64,000 bases of DNA, from NCBI GenBank assembly GCA_965644315.1, contig CBFFRQ010000068.1:1178001-1242000 (forward strand), read 5' to 3'. The translations under genes and the position numbers were made by a program. The stretch comes from Caecitellus pseudoparvulus. Taxonomy: Eukaryota; Protista; Bigyra: Bicosoecida. The notes under the pieces were generated by a model. That model searched no databases. It saw nothing but the letters and a program-made list of their open reading frames with translations, and had not been told where the DNA came from. Below, in pieces: positions 1-14,400 of the stretch (position 1 is the first letter of the stretch; every line of letters starts with the position of its first letter).

Positions 1-925
1 GCGGCAAGCTTTCGGGCAGTTTCGTTCGTGCTACTGCTTTGCTGCAGCATGAGCTCCATCACATCATCAATGTTGGGCGTGATTGCACTCAGCGCATGCT
101 CCGTCAGTTCCAAGAACGAATTCAGCGCCACTGGCAGGAGCTTGGAGTGCCCTTCACGGACAAGGAACCCTAAGGCTTGAAGGTAGTCTGGCATCTTTGC
201 GGTCAAGGCACCCGGCATGACGCAAATCAAGTTACACAGTGCATATCCGGCATGCGAAGCATGTGTCGGAGACGAGCCCTGCATGTACTGCAACGCCACG
301 TTCACTAGGTGTGACAGCGGGGCCTCTGCTGTGCTATTGGCTTCCTTAAGGTCCATAGGGCAGTCCTTGGCCAGCAGCATAAACAGGCGCAGTCCGCCTT
401 CAGCGGCGACAGCCTGCTGAGAGCCCACCGCTGCCAGCACTTGCTGCAGGAGCTGCGGCCAAGCCGACAAGCCACTTTCCCGCACGATGGTGGAGCACAC
501 ATTGCATACGGTGCGCCGGACGCCGGCATCGGCGTCAATCAAGGACGGCAGCAGCAGCTGCTGCACGACAAGGCGATCCCCTTGAGGCAGCTTCGTGTAG
601 TAGCGTTCCACCCAGGACTTGAGGCTCAGGCCACCGAGCTGCCGGATGTCAGATCCGCCCCCCGCACTCGGTGAGAGGATGTAAGCCAAGTATTTTGGAA
701 AGTCCGCGTGCTGCTCCAGGCGGCGCAGCTCCTGCGAAGGCCGCCAGAGTACCTGTGCACGAGCCAGGTGCTAAGCACCCCGCGAACAGCACGGGAACTT
801 ACATCCAGGGCCTTTTGCTGCACGCCTGGACGCCCAGACGAAGCTAGTGCAAGAAATTCACACACTTGCCGCAGGGTTGCTGCGTCGGGAGACCAAGCGG
901 CCCCCGTTCCACCCTGTGCCGCCAT
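1..925 (-). CDS. TNPO1: Transportin-1 / importin beta-2, 5' part (runs off the window start)
   Basis: ATG at 925 (MAAQGGTGAAWSPDAATLRQVCEFL...QQKALD), GT-AG intron about 802-732, then ELRRLEQHADFPKYLAYIL...DIRQLGGLSLKSWV, which matches the N-terminal HEAT repeats of transportin. Confidence 0.8.
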
Positions 926-1272
926 GGTGGTGTACGCAGACGTTGCTGCGGAAATTGGTTCAACTTCCTGCTTGCCGAGGCTCTGAGCACCGCAGAGGGG
1001 CGTCAAGAAGGCAAAGTCACAGGTTATCGTTACCCTTTGACATGGGTGCACCAACTGCGCTGAAGATGCAGCGTCAAGATATGTTTGATCGGTGAGGATT
1101 GGTGCTTTGGCAATCACAGGTGCTTGCCAAACATGAACCACCCGAACTGAGTGCTGCTGGCGCAGGGCATGAGGTTGGCTGTTCTGCTCACGAAAAGGAC
1201 CCAGCATGCAAGTTGATCCCGCTCCTGGCCAGGCCGCTGGCCCAGGAGCTGAAGGCCCGGCCCCCGTGCCTA

Positions 1273-3951
1273 ATGTCGGTCATCCGAGGAAGTGGAGCTT
1301 GTGCAGCTGGCTCTGCTGTCACTGCTGTGGCACGTGCACAGACCTTAGGTGGGCCGTCTACTCCTTCTTGAGCACGCTGCTTGCTGCAGCAGTACTACAC
1401 CACGCTTTCGTGACTCGAGAGCAGTTTTACCCGGCCGTGGTGTACCTGATTTCCAGCAAAGTTAGCGTGGCAGTGAGTGCCGCGTGGCAGGCAAGCCACA
1501 AGCAACGCCTTCACGACTGATTGCCGCAACCCCAGGTGCTGTGCAACTTTGGGATTATGGTGCTTACCAACCTCGCGTATGTCGTCACTGCCACGTTCCT
1601 TGGCGAGCTGTACCCTCTGGAAGTTGAGGTTCGTATCCTGGCGTTTCAGTGCACCACGCCAGAGCAGCCTTGGCAAGCCCCTTCCCCCCCGGCCTCCGCA
1701 GCGAATGTACGACAGCCTGCGTTTCGCAATCCTCGAGATTTGCTTGGCTCTGACGATTTTCCGGGAGGAGTTGTCGCCCCGGGTCATCGCTCTCTTCGTT
1801 GGCCTGCTGGTCTTCAAAGCGTTTCATGTGCTGGTGGATGCACGCATGGAAAACGTAAGAGCCGCGCCCCGTGGGAGATGTGGCTGGCCGCCCCTGTCTC
1901 TAGGGTCCAAGAATCAAGTAAACCTCCATCTCTATTTGCAGATTGAACGCCATGCACAGCAAGTGCAGCTGGAAGAGCAGCCTGAATCACAGGACTCCCG
2001 ACACTCGACTGTGGGCCATGGCTTCTTCCTCGCTCTGGCTTCCAGCATGGTCATGATTGACTGCATCACGCTGGGGGTCTTCATGTACACCATTTCAGGG
2101 ACAGGGCCCACTGTCCTCGTGCTCTTCGCGTTCGAGACTTGCGCCCTGCTCCTCACCCTCCTCTTGACGCTCTACCGCTACTCGCTCTTCTGCATCGGGA
2201 CTCGCGTGGAAGCAGCTACAGGCAGCGACTGGCACAACAAGAACCTCTACCTCATGTACGGCAAGCTGTTCATCAACACCACAAAGCTTGCAACCCTCAT
2301 GGTGTATTTCGTGGCGCTGTTGACCTTCTACGGAATGCCATTCTTGATGATTCGGGATCTGTGGAGAGCCTTCGACGCTGTCAACCGGGAGGCGAAGAAC
2401 CTCATTGCCACGTGGCGCATGCGCCGCGAGGTTGCCCAGCGCTTCTTTCGCCCCACACAAGCCGAAGTGGACGACGTAGGAGCCCTGGATCCCATCTACC
2501 ACACGCCCTTGTCGCCCGAAACTTCCTTGAAGTTGCCCTGTGGGCACATTTTGAACGAGGCTGGGCTCATGTCGTGGTGGGAACGACAGCAAAACTGCCC
2601 TGTGTGTCGATACAACATCATGCAAGCAGACCCGCCAGAGTACATCCGGGAACGCCGGGCGCGCCAGCGTGCAGCAGGTGAAGGGGACGCGGAATCGACC
2701 GCTCAACGGCTGGCACGCCTGGAGCGGCAGCGTGCTAGGGCCCAACGCAGGGCTGCCGCAACGGCAGCTGCTGGGGAGGACACAGGAGACCTGCCGCCAG
2801 CCGGAGCAGCGGCTGCGCCAACCCCTGCGCCTGCCGCAGCAACTCCCACCCGGCAGGCTGACCAGGAGGAGGCCCCTGCGCCGAGCACTGAGCACGTGGC
2901 TTCCCTTGCTTCAGCCTCTCGCGCTGCTGATGCTGTGTCCAGCCAGCCCCCCGCTCAGGACCAGCTGCCTAGCCAAGCCACCGTCGCCGTGTCGGACGAC
3001 TTGCCAGGCGACGGGCCAACATTGCGCCGTTCTCGATCTGCACCATCTGAGCGCAAACGCAAGAAGAAGAGCAAGAAGCACAAGCAGAAGCACAAGCGCA
3101 AGCATAGAGGCAGCTCATCCAGCTCAGATGACATAGATAGCATGCATGGAGTGTTTTGGAATGCTGCACCGGCCGGTTACGGCATGTGGGCTGGCTCCCC
3201 GATGCAGGCATCCCCTTTCACTGGGCCGCACGTCGGCATGCAGTACGGTATGCAGGCGTACTACCCCACGCCGTATGGACACCCACATCACGTGCACATG
3301 GGGCAAGGTGAGCCGTCGCCCCAGCCTCCTGCTGGGGTCACGAATCAGCCCTCGTGGACCGGCCCCTCGCCAGTCGGCGTCGGCTCTCCTGTGGCGTTGC
3401 CTGCCTCTATGGCCAGTGCTGCGCTTCCCGCACCCCCGCCGCCTCCTCACCTCGCGCATGCAGCGAGTGCTTTTTCTGCTGGAACTCCTGGAACATCGCT
3501 CGGAGACGAGGCCCGCAGGCGCAAACTGGAAACTTATAGTCAGCTTATGCAGGTGTACCGCGAGCTGCTCGCAGAGGAGGGCGTGTCCGCGCCCCCCGTC
3601 TCCCAGCCACTATCCACAGGTGCAAAGGAGCAGCAGGAGCTACCAGGTTCACCGGCCCCTGCAGCGCCCCAGCCTCAGCAAGGTTTTGACAGGCCGCTTC
3701 CTTTGGCTGACCCCAGTCCCCCTCGACCGCAGCCGACGACTGCATCCCCTGCCACTTCAATCCCACAGCCGCACGGAGCTGGAGGCCAGCAAGTACCACC
3801 CCCCACAACTGAGGAGAGGAGGGCCTCGCCGATTCAGGAAGGAGACATTGCACCTCTACTGCAGGGGCTGGCCAGAGCGAGAGCCGAGCGGCAGGCAATG
3901 CGACTGGGAGCGGAGCGCACATCACCCACGCCAACTGAAAGTGATGATTGA
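1273..3951 (+). CDS. HRD1: ERAD E3 ubiquitin ligase HRD1/synoviolin-like: multi-TM N-terminus, degenerate RING, long Pro/Ala-rich tail
   Basis: Spliced N-terminus LRWAVYSFLSTLLAAAVLHHAFVTREQFYPAVVYL...EICLALTIFREELSPRVIALFVGLLVFKAFHVL is typical of HRD1. RING-like LPCGHI...SWWERQQNCPVCR. About four GT-AG introns in the 5' part. Start codon inferred. Confidence 0.88.
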
Positions 3952-4347
3952 CCACTCAAATGCATTTCTATCTATTGATGCTACATTTACGAGTCTTCAA
4001 GCTCGTGCTGGAGCTTGGGCTGGGCGGCAGGGTGGACGTTTCACGCGCGTTTCGTATGGCAGCAGCCAAGTGCCTGCAGGCTGACCGTGCGCTACGCACA
4101 AGCCTGTCGCAGCTCCACTTGCTCGGTCAAACATGGACCTCTGCTATGGGTGTCGGGGCTGCGTTCTTGGTGGAGTCAGCCAACGCAGCATCCAGAACAA
4201 CGTGTGTCCGCTGTGCTCTGGCTTTCTTGGTCTGCGGACGATACAACTCCTCCATGCCGGTCGCAGGTACACGGAAACCAAGCCGGAAACGGGGGATCCG
4301 AGAAAGCAAGCGGCAGTTCTTTCCACTGTGCGTGCCTCTCTACCCTG

Positions 4348-5010
4348 ATGGAACCCCACGTGAGAATGACTGTACAGCCTGCCCGTGCACTCTGCAGCTA
4401 AAACTGGAGGCTCTTGAAGGCCTGAACAGCGTGGAAGCACTCCTATCCGCACTAGAGGAGTTGCTTGCTCAAGGCAGGGCATGGATGAGGATGTGTGCGC
4501 AAATTATTTCCCACTGTGCCTGTCAGCCCCAGACTGCCTCGTTGACCGCAACCAGAGCAAGCATTCGAGCTGGTGAGGCAACAGCGTGCATCAGATTGCC
4601 AGCTGAGGTCACGTTGAGCATTGATGAGGCATTCTTTCTCTCTGTCTGCAGATGAAGTTTGTGGAGAGATGCTGGTTGCACTCGAGCGGCAGCTAGCACT
4701 GTGCCGCACAGCTGCAGTGGATGCTGTGGCGGTCGTGCCGAATGCTGTGGTAGAAGTGGCTAGCGGATCTGACCAGCAAGTCCGGCAAGACGCGCTGACC
4801 CTCGGCCTTGTCTGTGCTGATCGAAGTCAATTGGCAGTGGAGTGCTGGGAAGCACATCCATACTTGGACTCAGACGCGTGGGAGGCATGGATTGACGACT
4901 TGGAGCAGCTTGGAACAGTGTGTGGCGTTGGGCCAGCGTGCCACTTGCCGGACGACTGGAGCCTGCCGCAAGCACTTCCGAACACCCTACCGACTCTTGT
5001 TGGCCCTTGA
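4348..5010 (+). CDS. Hypothetical helical/coiled-coil protein
   Basis: Plausible GT-AG introns join MEPH / LKLEALEGLNSVEALLSALEELLAQ / TASLTATRASIRA / DEVCGEMLVALERQLALC... No family recognised. Confidence 0.35.
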
Positions 5011-5051
5011 CGCCTGTCGAGACCCCCACCATTGCCCCGAATCCCCGGCCA

Positions 5052-8000
5052 CTACAGAATCCTCGCAATGCTCGACACTGCACGCCGGCTGCCTGGCTCG
5101 GGCGAACCGCCCGCCTCTGAGGCCTCCATCGACTCTTGCAGCTTTGCGAAGGATAAGAATACCTGCTCCATGCTGGTTTGTGACACAGCATAGTCAGAGA
5201 GGCCTGCGGCTTGCCTTTCTTCCTCCATGAGACGGAAAAGTGGGCCAAGCCTTGGCTTACTCTCCTCGCTCTCGGCTGCACGCATTCCGGCTTCGCCCCT
5301 CGTGTGCCACAAGGCCAAAACCGCGTGCAACCCGCTGCGCTCCTTCACTTCTACATCCGGGCACACCCGTTGTATGCTGGCTACCAAAGACTGCACCCTG
5401 TCGTCCAACGAGGGGTGATGTGCTGCCCCCCCGCTAGCTGCCGTGTACTCGTCTTCAGCGAACTGCACTTCGACGGTGTAGCCTTTACCGTACTTGCTCT
5501 TCAAGTGCTGGTTATCTCCTATGCAGGCAAGCTGGCCCTTCACCATGATGCCGATAGAATCAGACAGCGCATCAGCTTCTTCCATGACATGTGTGCTGCA
5601 GATGGTTACTCGGCCGGCCCTGGCACCGCGCACAACCTCCCACATGGCCCGTCGCGCTTGTGGGTCCATTCCCGAGCTAGCCTCATCAAGCGTCACGACT
5701 CTAGGCCGACCCAGGTACGCTACCGCAAGGGAAAGCTTGCGCTTGTTGCCACCTGAGAGCGCTTTCACTTTCTTCTTCGCATGTGACTTCAAGCCCACTG
5801 CTCGAATGGCGCCTGCAACTAGTGCAGGTATTCTGTCGTCGGGAACCCCTTTCACATGACAGTAGAAGGTCAAGACTTCTTCCGCTGTAAGGACTTCAAA
5901 CACTGCGTTGTGCTGGGGGCAATAGCCTTGAATGGCTTGCGCTTGCGCTCGAGTGCCAACGGAGTGAGAAACTGGCACTGAGCCTGCCACCTGCGCACCA
6001 AACATGACAGCAGCACCCTCTGTCGATGGACACGTCCCGGTGAGGATCTGCATCAAGGACGTCTTTCCGGCGCCATTGTGGCCCAGCAAGCCGAAGACAG
6101 CCCCGCGTCTGAGGGCCACAGTCACCCCGTCCACAGCCACAGTACTTGAAATGAGGTCGGCGTTCTCCATGCAGCTTCCAGTGTGGTAGACTTTCCTGAT
6201 GTCAAACACCACTAAATCACCAGCTTCCACCCCTCTCTCGTGCACTCGAGCTGCCTCCGCCGAGACATCGTCATCGCCCACAACTCGCCCAGACAGCGGC
6301 CTGCTCGGCGATGGAATCTGGGGGCTGGACGATGCACTGGCGACCCATGCGTCAAAGTAGCCATCCCAAAACAGTATGAGGGCGTACCAAAACGGAACAG
6401 CGGCTGCCATGGCCACAAGCGGACCTAGCGCAAGGTCCCACTGAAAAGGCGATGGCAACGAGCAAGGCTCACCCTCTGGAACCGCCGCGCAGGCTGTGCC
6501 AAGCGCTATCACAGTCTGGCCGAAGCCAAAGAGAAAAGCTGCAGGAGGGAGCAGAGCCATGCCACAGTAGCGAATTATCTGGCTTGCTCCTGCCAACCCG
6601 GGGCTGCTGTCCGACATAGTTGTTGCGACGATGGACAAGGCAAAGTTGACGGCCCAGACAAGAATGGAGCCAGTCAGGAGCAGCATCGTCGTCCACGTCT
6701 GCGCAGTTGTGTCTTTGCTGAAGAAGAACGAGGCAAAGTAAGATGGGCCTGGCAGGGACACTCCCAGCAGGACGACCAGAGGGACAAACGCTGCCAGCGT
6801 GCCCGTGGGAACTGCCCCAATCGACGAAGCAATGGCCATAACGGCTGTTGCTCCAGCTGCCGGGATGAGGAACATGGAGAAGTCAAAGACCCAGTTTGCA
6901 GCCCAGTACGTTGGCACCCGCATCCCCATGATGCTCAGCATGGCTCGAATGCTGTTCGACTTGACCTTGACCACTGTCCCGACATACACCGCGCAGAGCG
7001 AGGCCAGCCCCATGGCCATGTACATGCCCATAAGGTTACCACTTAGCACGGTGCCAAGAGTCTCCGCGTCAGCGTCACTGCCAACTGCCGGCATAGGCTG
7101 ATACTGCATGGAAAGCGCGAGAGAGCGATTCCGCCCCCTGGACACCAAAGCCGAGTTGATCAATGCGGTGTCCACCGCTGAGAGTATGCTTGGCAAGCCC
7201 GCCGGCAAACTTGTGTTGTACAAAATGCCAAGGCTGGGGTTGGAGGACTCAGCCCCACCAGAAGAAGTCAAGTTCACAGCCTGGGCAACGACAGCCCCCA
7301 CCACGTAGCGCGAGTCCAGGAGGCGACGCAGGAACCACGTGTACGGTGTGGTCGCAGAGAACACCCCAGCTGTCGGGTCAGACGTCGACGCTGGGGGGGG
7401 CTCGTACTGCACAGAGACAGAGGCTGGAAGGCTTTGGTTGACGCCAGCCAGCGTGCCGTTGAGCCATGCCTGCAAGGCTGCCGATCCCGGGCCAGCCCCA
7501 GAAATCGTCGCGCCAGAGGCAGCAACACTTACTGCTGTTGACAGCAGAAACTGGTTCGCACCATCACCAGCACCTTGTCGAACATTTACAAGAGTTGCGT
7601 CCATTGACTCTGGCTTGGGTTGCTCGTTGATGTCTTGCATGGTCGCAAAGGCCAGGGAGATGGCTGTAAAAAGGACTGGCATGAACACCTGCACCCAGAT
7701 CAGTGAGGGTGTGCGGCGCATAGTGAGCAAGCGCTGTCGGTATAGAGCTGTCATCTGCTTCCAGTCTGATGCATGAAGACGCATACTTGTACCAGAAGAG
7801 CGAAGCTGCTGGGCGTGCCCTGCTTCGATATCCAGAGACTGCGACCTGCCATCTGCTACCTCTTCATCCAGGGGCAAGGGGAATGTGGCTGGCCGGACAT
7901 GCAGCGATTCACCAGCAGCGTCGGCCTGCTCGCCTGTCCCGTGCTCAGCAGTTGTGGCTGCCTCCATCTCCTCCGCCTCGGCCATGCGTAAGAACACCTG

Positions 8001-11000
8001 CTCCAGGGAAGTCAAGCTCAACCCAACGTCAGCTACGCCAAAGTTGGCCTTCTCTTCCTCCAGTTCGGAGAACATTGCTCCAAAGGCTGGCTTGGCATGC
8101 AGGGGCAGCACAAATCCAGCCAGGGCCCGGGTCGTGTCAGGCGGCAGCGAGGCCAACGTTGACGAAGCAGCGACATCATCATCACGCTCACGTGACAGCG
8201 CAAGGACGCTGGAGAGGCTTGCCTCAGGGATGTACCGAAGCACCAGGTCTTTCACAGCTTGGACTTGCTCGGCGGCAGCGCTTGATGGTGCAGACGCCGT
8301 CACAGTCGTAGTCAGGGTGTATCCCACCCCAAACTGCTGCTTCAAAAAGAGCGGACTACCAAGCGCTTTCAGCCGCCCTTTCGACATGAACACAATGCGA
8401 GACCCCAATCGCTCTGCTTCTTCCATGTGATGGGTTGAGAGCACTATGACAGAGTGCTGCTTGTACCTTTGGATGAGGCCCCAGATGGCGCGCCTACTGA
8501 CTGCATCCACGCCTGACGTAGGCTCGTCCAAAAAGACGATGCGAGGCTGCCCCACAAAAGCAAGCACGACACAGAGCTTGCGTTTCATGCCGCCAGATAG
8601 TTCGGTAGCCAGGGAGTCCACTTTGCCCTCCAGGCCCACCTCAGCCAACAGGTCCCTTGCCCGCTGCTTGGCCGCAGCCTCAGGGATGCCCTTGATGCCG
8701 GCAAACAACACACAATGCTCCATGACTGTCAGTTGCTCAATGAGTGCGTCGTGTTGCGGGCAGAGGCCGATGAGCTCCCGTACTCCGTCAACATTATTCA
8801 CAACGCTGCGGCCATACATGATTGCATCGCCAGAGGTGGGCGTCAGCAGTCCGCTCAGCATGCTGAACAAGACAGTCTTCCCTGCGCCATTCTTCCCCAA
8901 AATCACACTCACTTGCCCCTCATACAGATCAAAGGAGACATCTGAGTTGGCGACTACAACTCCTTTTTCGCCTGGTCCCGGTCCGGCAACTGCTCGGTCG
9001 CCGGCGTTCTCTCCTGCTCCTGTAAAGACCTTTGACAACCCCCTCACTTGAATGACAGCTTTGCAGTGCAACTCCTGTGCCACTGGCTCAATCACTGGTG
9101 CAGCATTCGCCACCGCAGCAGCGACCCTCTCCTGGTCACCAGCCCGGTCACCAGCTCCGAACGCAGCAGCACCCAGCGCAGCGGCCAGCGACGGCTGCTG
9201 TTTCCCTGCTTCCGAACCCAGCCTAGTATCAGTGCTATCTGAGTCTTCTTCAAGCAGGGGGGTGGCGACTACGTCTGGTTTGTCTTGCCCAGGTCCCTCA
9301 GAAGCCAGTCTGGAGTTAGGAGCGTCCGCCACTGCTGATCGGCCCGTCCAGTACGCGCTTGAACAGCAAAAGAACGGGTGCTGGTGACTAGTGTTTTCGT
9401 TGGGAACTACCTTATCCAAGTACCAAGCTAAAGCCGCCATCCACACAATATCCACCACTGTGACCCACATGAGCGTCGCGATGTCCATGTTGATGGAGGT
9501 GAGGTGCCTGTCTGTGATGTTGTCCCAATGCACTCCTCCAACTTCTGTGCGCTCGGCTTCCACAAGGATCGCGTTGCCCATTGAAAAGGCTGTAGGCACT
9601 AGCACAAGGCTAGTTCCTAGAATGGCACTGTAAGGCACTGACGGCTGTATAAGGCCATAGTATGGCAAGGAGGCAATCCAGTACCCCATGAAAGCGATGA
9701 CAGAGCCGACCCGAGCCTGCAGGGGCAAGGCAGCCAGGATGAAGACAAAAACAAGCGTCGCTACCACGAAGAGGAGGTAGAACACCAAGACAATGAGGAA
9801 ATTCGAGTTGGAGAAGATCTGGGCCAGGAACATGATGGCCAGGGATGCCACAACGATGAGGCCTGACTTGGTGCCGAACAGCGCAAGCCAAGAAGCCCAG
9901 TACGCCCCAGGCTGCAGGCCTGCAGTTCGCAGCGCAGCTGTGACTTTGGCTTCTTTCTCTTGCAAAATGCTGGAGATGGAAACACGCACTTGCAGGGACA
10001 TGATCAAGGTCAGGTAGAGTGGGACGATGCTGGGCAGCACGGACGCAGCAACATTGATGTTGAACTCTGGAAATGGGAACTGCTGGATAAACATGCTGGG
10101 CCAGGGCAAGGCTGTCGCCGGCGAGCCTGCCTGAGGCTCCAAAGCTGGCATGTTTGACCCAGTGCTGGCTGAAGTGATTGGACACATGGTGGCATTGGTA
10201 AGACCGCCCACGGCAGCACATCCGACAACAAAGTCCACAGAACGCATGAGAGGCAGGAGGTAGTCATTGTACTCCCCGACGCTGCCGTCTGGTCCGTATT
10301 CTAGTTCTTTGAACGCAGCGGTGGGAGCTTTCATAAACTTGGAGGAGCGCATGCGCACACGGTACCGCACAGTCTGAGGGTGGCCCCCTAGTATGCCACG
10401 CGTGTCATCGAAGACAATGGCTGCAAGGACGTGCTTCCAGTTCTCCCCCCTTCTGTAGTAGGCTACCAGGTCTTCCTCAGACGGAAAACACGCCACGCTC
10501 ACCCTCTGCACTGCACCATACAGGTCAGCCAGAGCAGCAACCAGGGAAGCATTCACGGACGCTACAGTCGATGAAGCTGTGCCGCCCATTTCTGAGCAGG
10601 GTGCCATGAGCATGGCGGCTGTGGCGTTGTACTGCAAGGCTTGGCGAGCGCGTGCGCGCATCCAGGCTTGTTGAGCAGACAGTACCGGCTCCTCCGACCG
10701 CACCAGCTGCTCTGGAACAGTTCGGACGGGAAGAGAAAAGCGCATGGCAACCAATACTCCAAGGAGCATAATTGGAAAGCCGAACTCGCGCCACCTGTGC
10801 AGTGTACAAGTCATCCACGTCACGCGCATACAGATTTGAGTAGCGCGGAGGCCCGTGGAGCGACAGTGAAGAGCTGGACTCACATATTGCGGCGGTTCCG
10901 GAATGTGAGGGTGATGTTCTTGCGTCCTATCGCCTTGAACTGCTGCCAAAAGGATGCCTTGGGCAGTGGGGTCAGCTCGCCCTGGGCAGCACCTTGCCGC

Positions 11001-11165
11001 ACCACGCGATCTTCGGCTTCCTGCGGCACACGCTTGGGGGCGTGTTGAGAGAGCGAGCAGCAGATCGCACACAGCAGTCTAAGGGAATGCTCTCAAAGAA
11101 ATCAGGGGGTGCAGCTGGCAGCCAAGGTCGGCGGCGCCCAGCAGCTCACGCACTTGAACAGGCAT
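5052..11165 (-). CDS. Full-size ABC transporter, subfamily A
   Basis: Two TMD-NBD halves. Walker A GKNGAGKT and GHNGAGKT, signatures LSGGMKRKL and LSGGNKRKL, Walker B FLDEP and TLDEA, and TSLEQVFL motifs. The spliced N-terminus (MPVQ / ...ASFWQQFKAIGRKNITLTFRN / WREFGFP) is ABCA-like. Confidence 0.95.
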
Positions 11166-11428
11166 GGTGTGTGCGAAGGCGTGTTGGGCTCAACTGGGCA
11201 AGTGGCGAGGCAAGCTACAGAAGACATGCAGCGTGAAGAAAGAAGGTCGAGTTGGCCCTAAACGAAAATTTGCCCCGGGCAAGGTTAATGTGTGTTTTAA
11301 AATTGAGGAGGGGCTGCAATGCGTGTGAACTGCCAACTGGGGGGCGAGGCCGGCGCTGGATCTCGCCAGCCAGGGCAAATACAGTTGGCTTGCCACCTCT
11401 GCATTTAGGCGGCTCTTGGAGTGCCTGC

Positions 11429-14400
11429 TCACTGCCACTCAGATACGTAGAAAATGGGCGCCGAAGGGCGTGCGCGACCGGCCCTCTTGTTGCTCTCGGG
11501 CTCCTTCGCGGCGTCAAGCACCTCCAACGCAGGGGTGTCCAGGCACTCCTTCACGTAGGGCAGGTTGGCCTGCAGCAGCCCAATTTCATCTGTGCTGAGC
11601 TCGGCGGACAGGCACGCAGCGCCCTCACCTCCTTTGGCAGCGTCGACTTTCCCCTTTGCAAAGTTCATGGCGTTGCCAGTGTGGGGCTTGTAGGCCGGGT
11701 TGCCCTTGATCACGGCCGCCACTGCCTTAAACACTGTCGGGTCGAAGTCAACTGCCTCGGGATTAAAGTGCCGGCGCAGCACATTCAGCACCTCCAACTC
11801 CCAATCAGAGTACTGAGTGCCCACGTACACGGTGCACTTGGCAGGCTTGCCGCTGGTCTTTAAGCGCTTGCCATCCTTGGCGATGGAGGCACGCCACGTG
11901 GACACGCGGCCCTCGAGCCAAGCAGCGGTGGTGACTGCCTCAGCATCGTATGCCTCAGGTGCTGGCCACGACGCCTCCTTGAAGAGAGATGTGCCCGGAA
12001 GGTCGTTCAAGACGGTGGTGTACATATGGTCAGCCCAGTGAGGGCAGATGGGCGCGATGGCAATGACCAGGTTTGTCATGAACCGTTGCATCAAACCTGC
12101 ATGCATGGGGAGGCTGATCTTGGCGCAAGCGTCGCGGTACTTGTCGCGAGCCTGCAGCATCTCCCAGAAGCCAAACTTGAGAGCTGCCTGGAAGCGCATG
12201 TTGTCGTAGGCCTCCGCTGCGGCGGCCATGCTCTGCATCATGCGGCCATGGAAGGCTTTGTCCAGGAAATGCCAGTCGGCGGCCTCCGCCTTCCGCAACG
12301 TGGGCATGGAGTCAATAACCTCCTTGAAAGCAGCCTCCTCTGTGGTCAGGCGCAGCACGCCGTTGTCTGCGACCGCACCCTCGAAGTTGCCGTCGTCCAG
12401 AGTGTCTCCAGAATCTGCGAGGCCAAAGCGCATGCCATCCGGAGACCAGCGTGCCACTGCGTCCTGCAGGATGATGAAGTTGCCCAGCGACTTGGACATC
12501 TTCTGGCCATCCACTTGCACGTGGCCGTTGGTGAAGAACGACTGGGGCATGCGGTCCGCGCGGCCCTCCCAGACAGCAGAGTGGTTGTACAGAGACATGG
12601 TGAGGTGGTTCTGGATGAGATCCTTGCCAGACACACGCAGGTCCAGAGGGTACCAAAACTCGAACTCCGCTCGCAACTCGGCGAGGGTGGCCTCAGGAAT
12701 GCCACATGCTGCCGGGTACTCGGCCCCCAAGAAAATGTACGACCACACCTCGTCTGTCAGCTTGTCGGCTGAGATGCCAGCAGGGCCGACCGTAGCCCCT
12801 GTCATGTCCCCGCCCTGCAGCTTGTGTGCCACTGTGTAGTACGCCATGTAAATGGTGGAGTCAGACAAGGACTCGATGACATACTTCGGGTCCCAAGGCA
12901 CCCTCGTGCCCAAGCCGAACGAACGACTGCAAGCCCACTCGTGCAGCCACCCAAGCGTGTGCTGGTACATGCTCAAGGCGGCGGGGTTGTAGGCATTGAA
13001 CTTGTCCCCCTCCACATGCGCGAGCACGCGCTCTCGCCACTCCTCCTCGCCGTACTTCAAGTACCACTGGTCCACGAAGGCCACCGTGCACTCATCGCCT
13101 GAGCGTGAGATGACTTCGCTCTCAGGCTCGAAGTACTTCAGCGCCTGGCCAGCGGCGATCATCTCTTCACGCACGATAGGCTTGGCCTCCTGCACAGTCT
13201 TGCCTGCCGCGGAGCCCACCAGCATGACGCCCTCGTAGAAGCCCTTCAAGTACACCTCGTCCTTGGCTTGCTTGAGCTTCTCCTTGTCATTCTGGCTCTT
13301 GATGCCCAGGCGCTCGTACAAGGTGACAGCGGCACGATCACCGTAGCCAGGAATGTTGATGATGTCCACCACGTCGAAGGGCAGCACCATGTGCTCCTCG
13401 ATGCCAAACTTCTCGCGGAGCGCAGGCTTGTTCTTGAGGTCTTGCAAAGCAGCATAGTCATCAGGGGCATCCGATGGCACGGATGTGACGACGCCAGTGC
13501 CCTTGTTCATGCTGATGGTGAGGAGGGGCAGCACGTACACCTGGTCGTAGCTGGCATTGGGAGCCTTCACTGCCAAGCCCAACAGGTCACTGCCCTTGAC
13601 TTCTGCCAGCTGCTGTGGCTCGCCTTCCACGGGGGACAACTCTTGCCACGACATGTTACGTGCTGCGCGCTCGGCAGCCACGAACACCACCGGCGTCCCG
13701 TCCTCGGCAGGGTTCATGGCGAAGGCGCCGTACTCGCCCTCGGGCAGCACGAAGCAGTTGGTCTGGCCGTACATGGTCTCTGGGCGCAACGTGGCAGCGA
13801 CAAGAAACACCTGCTTCTTCACACCGTCGGCCTCAACAGCGGCCAAGGCGGGGGGAAGGGCGCCATCTGCTTGGCGCACCACCTCCATCTTGATGAGTGT
13901 GTACTCCTGCGGCTTCACGCCCTCACCAGAGGCGCGGTCGTGGTCTGCACATGCCTGGCCATCCACAGGGGAGTACACGGTGGGGCGCTTGCCGAATGCA
14001 ATCACGCCGCGCGCATAGAGCAAGTTGAACTGCCACCGCACGAAAGAGTCGTAGTAGGGGTTCACGTCAGTCGTGATGAAGGAGCGGCGCCAGTCCACGT
14101 TGGCGCCCATGAGGCGCAAATCGCTCTTGCCGATGGGTGGGAAGTACTCCAGCCAGTGGACAGGGTCCTGCAAGGGGCGTGGGGGTGGGCTGGTGTTGGA
14201 GAGAATGTGCGCAACGTGCAGAACAGCACCAGCGCACCTGAAACTTGGGCACTTCTTCATCTGGCACACCGCAAGCCTTGAGAATAGCAGACTGCTTAGC
14301 CCCCCCAGACTTTGCCACAGATTTGGACTTCTTGCTGCTGAACTTCCCGGGCACAGCGCTCGAGGCTGGCTTGTCTGCAGTTGCGGAATCTGCTGCTGCG

